Both the position numbers and the translations under genes were made by a program. The notes under the pieces were generated by a model. The model ran no database searches and had not been told where the DNA came from. It worked only from the letters and a program-made list of their open reading frames with translations. A DNA stretch of 64,000 nucleotides from Candidatus Margulisiibacteriota bacterium (lineage in GTDB: Bacteria > Margulisbacteria > WOR-1 > O2-12-FULL-45-9): assembly GCA_043816785.1 (NCBI GenBank), contig JBDRHP010000011.1, forward strand, positions 59,076-123,075, written 5' to 3'. This document shows positions 57,212 through 64,000 of the stretch, in pieces. The stretch's first letter is position 1. Each line of letters starts with the position of its first letter.

Positions 57212-57953
57212 GTTGATCTATCTCCCTGCATTTGTTGTACATGTTCATCTTATTGACGATTAAGTCCATAGGGATGTTGTATTTCTCAAGCACGTCCTTG
57301 GCGCCTTTTTCATTCGGGTTGCTGACCATGCCGCGGCAGCCATAACAGATATTGCCATTATTGATGCACCAGGAATTGCAGCCGGCCTTGGTCACCGGGC
57401 CTAAGCAGGTAACGCCTTTTTGGTACATACAAACATTCTCGTTCAATTTACATTCAACACAAACAGAATAATCCGGGACTTGGTAGGGCAGGCCGGCTAG
57501 CGCGGCTTTCAAGACCTTAACGAATTCCGGCAAATATACCGGGCAGCCGTTAACCAGGTAGTCGACCTTGACAACCTGAGGCACGGACATGGTCTCAATG
57601 GTTTCAAAATATTTGGCGTCTTTGCCGTAGACTTCTTTGCGGATATCATCCAGCTTGAAGTTATTCTTCATGCCGTTGACCCCGCCGATGGTGGCGCAGG
57701 AACCATACGCGATCAGGACAGAGGCCCTTTCGCGGATCTTTTTTATTTTTTCAACAGCGTGCGGAGTGGTGATGCTGCCTTCAACAATGGCCACGTCGAT
57801 CTTGTCCGGTCCTTTTTCTGACATGACCTCGCGGAACTCAACCACATCAATAGCGCCCAGCACGTCAAACAGCAGCTCGCCCATATTGGCGACCTGCAGC
57901 TGGCAGCCTTCACAACACGCGAAATCAAAAAACGCTACTTTTGGTTTTGCCAT
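57192..57953 (-). CDS. Group 3b [NiFe]-hydrogenase small (delta) subunit
   Basis: CCEGC, VEGS, GSCA, GCP, CLGPVT.AGC, CYGCRG. Confidence 0.93.
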   Translation of the reverse strand: MAKPKVAFFDFACCEGCQLQVANMGELLFDVLGAIDVVEFREVMSEKGPDKIDVAIVEGSITTPHAVEKIKKIRERASVLIAYGSCATIGGVNGMKNNFKLDDIRKEVYGKDAKYFETIETMSVPQVVKVDYLVNGCPVYLPEFVKVLKAALAGLPYQVPDYSVCVECKLNENVCMYQKGVTCLGPVTKAGCNSWCINNGNICYGCRGMVSNPNEKGAKDVLEKYNIPMDLIVNKMNMYNKCREIDQREQKKR

Positions 57954-57954
57954 T

Positions 57955-58791
57955 TTATAATGCCTCGGGAATACTTTTTATTCGGTCGTAGGAAAGAACA
58001 GGCCCTTCCTGGCAGCAATAGATGCCGTTGATCTGACAGTGGCCGCATTTACCTAAACCGCACTTCATATGACGTTCAAGTGAGACGAGGATCTGACGAT
58101 CAGGTATTTCTTTCTTGAGCAACTCTTGAATAACAAATTTATACATGATTGGTGGTCCAACGACAACAGCAAAGGTGCGCTTAGGCTTAAGGGTGACCCC
58201 AGGGATCAGGGAAGTTATCAAGCCAACGTTGCCTTTCCATTCGGGATCAGCTTTATCAACGGTACAGTTAAGGTTAACATCGAGGCGTTTACGCCAACTT
58301 TCAAGTTCATCGCCGAAAAGCATGTTGTCGGGAGTTTTGCAGCCGAGCAGAACGGTCACTTTGCCAAAGTCACGTCGGTTATCAATGACAAAATTGATCA
58401 AGGAACGTAACGGTACCAGCCCTAGTCCAGCGGCGACAAAGAGCAGGTCATTGCCTTCCAGGATCCTGACCGGGAACCCTTTGCCAAATGGCCCGCGGAT
58501 ACCGACCTCATCGCCGGTCTCAAGTTTATGCAAGGCCCCGGTGACCCTGCCAACATTCCTGACCACAAGTTCAAAAGAGTCGCGCTTGGTGGGTGAAGAG
58601 GCGATGGAAATGGGCGCTTCGCCAGCCCCGAGGATCGAGACCTCGACGAATTGGCCCGGGTCATGATCAAGGTTGTCGCCGCCGGGTAGAACGATCTCGA
58701 ATAATTTTTCCTGCTCGGTCATCATTTTTGTGCGGACGATCTTGCCTCTTTTTATTTCATATTCTGAATCTTTCAGTATCAGTTCTTTCAT
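57955..58791 (-). CDS. Group 3b hydrogenase gamma subunit (FAD/NAD(P)-binding, 2Fe-2S)
   Basis: PGQF, GEAPIS, RGPFG, GPPIM, ERHMKCGLGKCGHC. Confidence 0.92.
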   Translation of the reverse strand: MKELILKDSEYEIKRGKIVRTKMMTEQEKLFEIVLPGGDNLDHDPGQFVEVSILGAGEAPISIASSPTKRDSFELVVRNVGRVTGALHKLETGDEVGIRGPFGKGFPVRILEGNDLLFVAAGLGLVPLRSLINFVIDNRRDFGKVTVLLGCKTPDNMLFGDELESWRKRLDVNLNCTVDKADPEWKGNVGLITSLIPGVTLKPKRTFAVVVGPPIMYKFVIQELLKKEIPDRQILVSLERHMKCGLGKCGHCQINGIYCCQEGPVLSYDRIKSIPEAL

Positions 58792-58792
58792 A

Positions 58793-59863
58793 TTATTGGT
58801 TACCGGCTTTTAGATCGGTCATTGCCTGTTCTTTGACCAGTTGAGTCAAGGTCTCTTTTAGGTTGATCTTTGCCATGCAGGTGCGGCTGCAGCGGCCGCA
58901 GCCGGTACAAAAAAGCCTGGAAAATTTGTTCATTGGATACTTGAACTTGCGGTAAAAACGATGCCGCTGGCGCGCGCCGCGTTCCTCGCGAAAGCTTTCG
59001 CCGCCCGCGACCTGGGCAAAAGTCTCGCTCTGACAAGAGTCCCAACGGCGGTAGCGTTTGCCGGTCTTTAGATCCAGGTTTGGCTCATCGATCACGTCAA
59101 AACAATAACAGGTCGGGCAAACGTTGGTGCAGTTGCCGCAGGCCAGGCATTTCTTGCCCAGATCCTCCCAGACCTTGCTATTAAAGCTCTTGGCAAAAAC
59201 CTCAGGAATGTTCTCATGAACGACCGGTACTTCGTTAGCAAAGAGCTTTCTTTTATCGCTCCTTAGCTGCTCAAGCGCTTTCAGATCAGCCGCCTGAGCC
59301 GGCTCAAATAGGCCGGCGCTCTCGATTATATCGTCGCCGGCCTGGGTGTTAATGTGGATGATGAATTTATCGCCAAGGTTAGTGAAGAACAGGTCGTAGC
59401 CGCCATTGGGTGTGTGGTTGTGAACCAGCCGGCAACTGGCGTACTCATCACAGTAATCGTTGCATTCATAGCCGATGATCGTAATGGCGCTTTTACGGAT
59501 CAAATAGTTCACGTCTTTTGGTCGTTCAGAAAAGATCATGTTCAGGCTTTGGATGCCGGCCAGGTCGCAGGTGTGCACGCCGAAGATCACCATTTTTTCA
59601 TATGCCACGACAGGCTCCATCTGCTGGCCCTTGGTGGTGTCAAAGGTGGCCAGGGTCTCGTGCTGGGGCAGGAAATATTTTTTTGGCGGAAGGATCGTGG
59701 GGATATAATCAAGCGCGATCTCGTTGCCGGATACGACCGGCTCAAAAGCAAATTGGCCGTTGCCTCGAGCGACCGGAGCAACAACTTTTTGCAAGCGCGC
59801 TAGGGCTGAAATAAAATCATCGAAGCGCTCTTTCTTTAACGTGGCAATATGTGTTTTCTTCAT
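58793..59863 (-). CDS. Group 3b hydrogenase beta subunit (4Fe-4S dicluster)
   Basis: CLACGNCTNVCPTCYCF, RRWDSC, CTGCGRCSRTC. Confidence 0.92.
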   Translation of the reverse strand: MKKTHIATLKKERFDDFISALARLQKVVAPVARGNGQFAFEPVVSGNEIALDYIPTILPPKKYFLPQHETLATFDTTKGQQMEPVVAYEKMVIFGVHTCDLAGIQSLNMIFSERPKDVNYLIRKSAITIIGYECNDYCDEYASCRLVHNHTPNGGYDLFFTNLGDKFIIHINTQAGDDIIESAGLFEPAQAADLKALEQLRSDKRKLFANEVPVVHENIPEVFAKSFNSKVWEDLGKKCLACGNCTNVCPTCYCFDVIDEPNLDLKTGKRYRRWDSCQSETFAQVAGGESFREERGARQRHRFYRKFKYPMNKFSRLFCTGCGRCSRTCMAKINLKETLTQLVKEQAMTDLKAGNQ

Positions 59864-59907
59864 TATTTACCGTCGATAAACTATCATACTACACTGATCT
59901 GGTCAGG

Positions 59908-60387
59908 TCAATTCCCGCCACATTCCGCGCTGCCTTTGGTCAGCACTTCCAGGGCATGGGGGATGACAGGCAGGATGATCTCCAGACATTCTTTGACCGC
60001 TTTGGGGCTGCCGGGAAGGTTGATTACCAGGCTTTTGCCTCTGTGTCCGGCAACTGCCCGTGAGAGCAGGGCGGCTTTCTTGATCTTATAACTTTCCAGC
60101 CTCATGGCTTCTGTGATCCCAGGAATTTCACGGTCAATGACTTGCCTGGTTGCTTCTGGGGTAACATCGCGGGGCGATAGACCTGTTCCGCCTGTCGTGA
60201 AGACAACGTTACAGCCCCTTTTATCTATAAATTCAATAATTGTATTAGAAATGTCCCCAATTTCATCCGGAACGATCACATATTCATAGGAATCAGCTTT
60301 GACAGTTTCTTTTATTGTTTTTCCGCTGAGATCTTCCCGCTGTCCTTTTGAACCTTTATCTGAAACAGTTATTATCCCGACTTTCAT
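59908..60387 (-). CDS. mog: Molybdopterin adenylyltransferase (MogA/MoaB family)
   Basis: TVSD, TTGGTG.SPRDVTPEAT, NLPGSP. Confidence 0.9.
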   Translation of the reverse strand: MKVGIITVSDKGSKGQREDLSGKTIKETVKADSYEYVIVPDEIGDISNTIIEFIDKRGCNVVFTTGGTGLSPRDVTPEATRQVIDREIPGITEAMRLESYKIKKAALLSRAVAGHRGKSLVINLPGSPKAVKECLEIILPVIPHALEVLTKGSAECGGN

Positions 60388-60839
60388 GTGATAACCTCCA
60401 AGGCATCGCCGGCCTTTACCTTGCCGCTCTTTAATACTTTGGCAAATATTCCCTCACGAGGCATGATGCAATCACCAGCCGCATAATAGATCGCGCAGCG
60501 TTCAGGGCATTCCTTGCCGATCTTGCTGATTTCAAGTTCTGTCTGACCCAGCTTGATCTTTTGCCCGATCTTCAGAGAAAGAAGATCAATGCCCTCGGTC
60601 ACTATATTCTCGCCAAATGCCCCAGGCTCAAGTTTTAAGCCTTTGTCTTTCATCTTTTGAATGCTTTCAGCTGCCAGCAAGCTTACCTGGCGTTCGCCGC
60701 CCTTAGCGTGATAATCACCTTCAACACCAAGATCTTTGATCAAAGCAATATCCTTGACCGCTGTTTTTTGGCCTTTGTCTTGACTTATACAGGTTGCTTT
60801 GATGCCTCGACGTTGCTCGGCATCTTCGACTTGTGACAT
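60384..60839 (-). CDS. MOSC domain protein (start uncertain)
   Basis: GDYHA, RQVSLL, FGENI, IGKEC..C, CIMPREG. Confidence 0.88.
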   Translation of the reverse strand: MSQVEDAEQRRGIKATCISQDKGQKTAVKDIALIKDLGVEGDYHAKGGERQVSLLAAESIQKMKDKGLKLEPGAFGENIVTEGIDLLSLKIGQKIKLGQTELEISKIGKECPERCAIYYAAGDCIMPREGIFAKVLKSGKVKAGDALEVIT

Positions 60840-61267
60840 AGATAAATTCCTCCAATATTCATGTTTTTGTCAACTGCTTTGCACATATCGTAAATGGTCA
60901 GGGCGGCGACTGAAACAGCTGTTAAAGCTTCCATCTCAACGCCAGTTTTTCCGATGCACTCAACTTTAGATTCGATACTAACCTTATCTTCTTTGACCTC
61001 AAATGAGAGATCGATATTGGTCAATGAAAGAGGGTGACAAAGCGGGATCAGCTCATGGGTCTTTTTTGCAGCCTGGATGCCGGCGATCTTGGCAACAGAA
61101 AGGACATCACCTTTTTTCATTTGGTTGTCTTTGATCTTATTAACGGTTTCTGCCGCTAAAGAGATCGAGCCTCTGGCAACGGCCTTCCTCTTTAAGTCCG
61201 GCTTGCCGCCAACATCGACCATTTTCGCCTTGCCTGATTCGTCCGTGTGACTGAATTTATCCGCCAA
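60785..61267 (-). CDS. moaC: Cyclic pyranopterin monophosphate synthase
   Basis: MVDV, LIPLCHP, TGVEMEAL, YDMCKAVD. Confidence 0.95.
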   Translation of the reverse strand: MADKFSHTDESGKAKMVDVGGKPDLKRKAVARGSISLAAETVNKIKDNQMKKGDVLSVAKIAGIQAAKKTHELIPLCHPLSLTNIDLSFEVKEDKVSIESKVECIGKTGVEMEALTAVSVAALTIYDMCKAVDKNMNIGGIYLCHKSKMPSNVEASKQPV

Positions 61268-62057
61268 TTTGGATCATCTCCCTTTTTAAAGATTTATGCC
61301 CCTTTTCGGGTTTACATAAGATTGCTTTTTTAAGACCGGTTTCAATACCTTCTTTCCTTAGGTCAATTTCGTTGTCAGAAAATAGACAGGAACGGATCTT
61401 GCTGTCAGCTGTTACTCTCAAACGGTTACAGATAGAACAATTACCGCCTTCGCCGCCTTCAACCTCATAATAATCACCGCTCTTGAGGTCCATTTTTTTG
61501 ATAAATCTGACTTTCATCTCATTTTTTTGAGCAAATTTTTTAAAATTATCTTTTTCATCATCATTAAAGCTATCAACAATCACAGCATTGAGCTTTGTTT
61601 TAGTGAAACCAGCTTCTTGGGCCGCTTTTATCCCGGCTAAAGCGTCAGCCAGGATACCGCCCCGAGTGATTTCCTTATATCTTTCCGGTTGAAGTGTGTC
61701 CAAGCTGATGTTTAAACGAGATAAGCCGGCAGACTTGAGTTCTTTAGCATATTTTGAGAGCAATAGGCCATTGGTAGTCATGGCTAAGGTTTTAACCCCT
61801 TCGATCTTTGCTAATCTTTCGACAAGACCAACTATACCTTTTCGGATCAAAGGTTCACCGCCAGTTAAACGGAATTTGGAAAAACCGAGTTTGACTGCGG
61901 TTCTAACGATATCCTCAATTTCTTCATAGCTCAAAATATCGTCGTGAGATTTTAAACAAATGCCTTTCTCGGGCATGCAATAGGTGCAGCGCAAATTGCA
62001 CCTGTCAGTTACGGATATCCTTAAATAGTAGATATCCCGGTTAAATCGATCTAACAT
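61257..62057 (-). CDS. moaA: GTP 3',8-cyclase (short form)
   Basis: LRISVTDRCNLRCTYC, C..CNRLR..CL, terminal IGG. Confidence 0.92.
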   Translation of the reverse strand: MLDRFNRDIYYLRISVTDRCNLRCTYCMPEKGICLKSHDDILSYEEIEDIVRTAVKLGFSKFRLTGGEPLIRKGIVGLVERLAKIEGVKTLAMTTNGLLLSKYAKELKSAGLSRLNISLDTLQPERYKEITRGGILADALAGIKAAQEAGFTKTKLNAVIVDSFNDDEKDNFKKFAQKNEMKVRFIKKMDLKSGDYYEVEGGEGGNCSICNRLRVTADSKIRSCLFSDNEIDLRKEGIETGLKKAILCKPEKGHKSLKREMIQIGG

Positions 62058-63243
62058 TGATAATAGTTCCTTCCTTTAATTTTTTTATGCCTCTTTTGAT
62101 CAGCATCACGCCGTCAGCTTGCGTCAGGGCCTGCATGTGGGCTGAGCCATGGAATTCCAGGGGCAGGGCTGAGGAAACCTGCGACTGAACGTCGCGGTTT
62201 CCTGACATCATTATCTTAACAGGAAAATATTGTTCTCTTTTTGAATCTCTTCGTTGAAAATCTTTTAATAATTTCATGGGAACTAGCTTTTCTTTGGTCT
62301 TTCTCCCGACCATCTGGTCAATTGCCGGGACAACAAAGAGTTCAAAGATAACTAGAACTGAAACAGGATTTCCCGGTAGACCGAAAATTAATTTCTTGCC
62401 TTTTGTGCCAAAAACAGTTGGTTTTCCTGGTTTGATGGCAATTTTGTTGAAATGGATTTTAACACCACAGCTTTTTAACACTTCACGGACAAAATCATAA
62501 TCGCCGACTGAAACCCCGCCGGATAAAAGCAAGATATCGGCTTGAGCCAGGCCCTTTTTGATTAATTTCTTGGTTACAGCAAAATTATCTCTGGCAATCC
62601 CTAAATATTTGGCGTCGATATCGCGCTTTTTAAGCTGAACCAGCAGCATAGAGCTGTTACTGTTCCTGATCTTGCCGGATCCAGGTTTCTTTGATGGCTC
62701 AACCAGCTCAGAACCGGTTGAAAGAACCACAACTTTGGGCTTTCGGGTGACTCTCACCAGAGTTTTACCGACTGTGGCCAGCATAGCAGCTTCCTGCGGC
62801 CTGAGTTTTGTGCCTTTCTTCAGGATCAGCTGGCCTTTTTTAACGTCTTCGCCGCGTTTGGAGACATTGGATTTTTGAGATTTGTTTGTAACTTGTATCT
62901 TGTTACTTGTGATTTGCAGGGTATGTTCGACCATGATTACTTGATCTGCACCCTTGGGCAGCATGGCTCCGGTCATGATGCGGGAGCACTGACCGATCTT
63001 GATGCTTTTCTTCGGAACTTTTCCGGCAGGAATGTCTTCAACGATCAAGAAAGTTTTGGAGCCGTCTTTTGAATTAACTGCAAAGCCGTCCATGGCTGAG
63101 CGGTCAAAAGGCGGCAGATTAACGTCAGAATAGATGTTTTCAGCCAGGACGCGGCCCAGGGTATTTGGAAGCTCGACCAGCTCTGTTCCAAGTGGGTTGG
63201 CTTTTTTCAGGATCATATTCAGGGCCTTTTTTGGTTTTATCAT
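62041..63243 (-). CDS. moeA: Molybdopterin molybdotransferase
   Basis: SAMDG, IMTGA, STGSEL, SGGVSVG, KPGKP, GLPGNP. Confidence 0.95.
   Translation of the reverse strand: MIKPKKALNMILKKANPLGTELVELPNTLGRVLAENIYSDVNLPPFDRSAMDGFAVNSKDGSKTFLIVEDIPAGKVPKKSIKIGQCSRIMTGAMLPKGADQVIMVEHTLQITSNKIQVTNKSQKSNVSKRGEDVKKGQLILKKGTKLRPQEAAMLATVGKTLVRVTRKPKVVVLSTGSELVEPSKKPGSGKIRNSNSSMLLVQLKKRDIDAKYLGIARDNFAVTKKLIKKGLAQADILLLSGGVSVGDYDFVREVLKSCGVKIHFNKIAIKPGKPTVFGTKGKKLIFGLPGNPVSVLVIFELFVVPAIDQMVGRKTKEKLVPMKLLKDFQRRDSKREQYFPVKIMMSGNRDVQSQVSSALPLEFHGSAHMQALTQADGVMLIKRGIKKLKEGTIINVRSI
62172..62203. repeat. REP-like hairpin inside moeA
   Basis: AGGAAACC-TGCGAC-TGAAC-GTCGC-GGTTTCCT. Confidence 0.7.
62871..62916 (-). 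repeat. In-frame CAA-heptamer tract in moeA
   Basis: Minus strand: caaatca caagtaa caagata caagtta caaa caaatct caaaaat. Confidence 0.75.
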
Positions 63244-64000
63244 TTAATACACCTTTATTGATGAAGTTTTAAAGGTCAAGTAGACCTGCTGACCGACGTT
63301 TATCCCGAGCTCTTCAAGCGATCTGTGGGTGATCTGACTGACCAGTTTAATGCCGCAATCCGCGGTCAATTTTGCGATCTTTCCCTCATCGGTTATGCTC
63401 CTGACCTTGCCAAGCAGGCAGTTACGGGCGCTGGACTGGAACTTTTCTTTGGAAACAATGATCTCTTTTGGATCTATGGAAACCTTAACATTTCCTTGCT
63501 TTTCAGTTGCCAGAATGAACGACACCTGCTCGTTTATTTTTAGAGTTTTCAGACTATTCTCCCGGATTATCTGGCCGGAAAAGAAGTTTTGATGACTTTG
63601 AGGAAAAGCCTGACTGTCTTCCAGTGTGATGACCTCGTCTGCCAGCTTGAAAGCGTTATTCAAGCGATGGCTAGCGAGAATAACAGTTGTGCCTCTGTTC
63701 TTGACCTCAGATAATAGCTGGTTCAACTGCTCAATGCTGGTCTCATCTAAATTAGCGGTCGGTTCATCTAGCAGAATAACCGGGGTTTCCAGAACAAAAG
63801 TTCTGGCCAGGGCGACTTTTTGCGCTTCACCGCCCGAAAGAGCTGTTGCTTTTTTGTTTAATAACTCAGCCAGACCAAAGATCCGGCTGATCCTGGCAAC
63901 CTTTTCTTCTTTGCTCGTCTTTAATCCAAAAGCAATGTTATTAAAGACAGATGTCCTAAAGATATATGGTTGTTGCAGGCAAAAAGCGATCTGTTGGCGC
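63244..64000 (-). CDS. Molybdate/tungstate ABC transporter ATPase with TOBE domain (5' truncated by window)
   Basis: Frame continues upstream of 63726 with LSGGEAQ and LLDEPTANLD; C-terminal SSARN TOBE motif. Confidence 0.85.
   Translation of the reverse strand, partial: RQQIAFCLQQPYIFRTSVFNNIAFGLKTSKEEKVARISRIFGLAELLNKKATALSGGEAQKVALARTFVLETPVILLDEPTANLDETSIEQLNQLLSEVKNRGTTVILASHRLNNAFKLADEVITLEDSQAFPQSHQNFFSGQIIRENSLKTLKINEQVSFILATEKQGNVKVSIDPKEIIVSKEKFQSSARNCLLGKVRSITDEGKIAKLTADCGIKLVSQITHRSLEELGINVGQQVYLTFKTSSIKVY

Noticed and set aside
57955..59863. Anaerobic sulfite reductase AsrAB
   Set aside because: Homologous, but followed by [NiFe] small and large subunits rather than AsrC.

Overview
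Bacterial chromosomal window, mostly housekeeping genes: clpC (partial), radA, leuC-type, rnc, pyrC, hisB, ruvB, slt, a glycogen/trehalose cluster (glgB, glgA, treZ, treY, malQ), tlyA, nadK, rpe, ribD and a Mo/W-cofactor operon. The secretin and gene content suggest an anaerobic diderm; a Saganbacteria/Margulisbacteria-like lineage is only my impression. Headline 1 (52488-59863, minus strand): a four-subunit group 3b [NiFe]-hydrogenase operon with a hybrid maturation cassette. It has a protease, a Zn-finger-less mini-HypA, a HypC domain fused to a HydE-like radical SAM enzyme, and an intact HydG. No HypB/D/E/F, HydF or [FeFe]-HydA is in the window. This suggests the Fe(CO)(CN) unit of a [NiFe] site may be built by [FeFe]-hydrogenase maturases. 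Headline 2: seven dispersed accessory genes share an upstream motif TGAAATT-N15-CGA (one copy N14) with sigma28-like geometry, and most have Arg-rich N-terminal leaders. They encode a BCAT, an alpha/beta hydrolase, an ADP-ribosylglycohydrolase, an HD+ART protein, a RelA/SpoT homolog and small hypotheticals, and may form an effector regulon. Also present: an IS110 with structured ends, a split pseudokinase/PASTA pair, a membrane-anchored GlgB, short repeats inserted in frame in core genes, and several leaderless-looking promoters. No rRNA, tRNA or CRISPR array was recognised. All family calls are by motif recognition, not database search.
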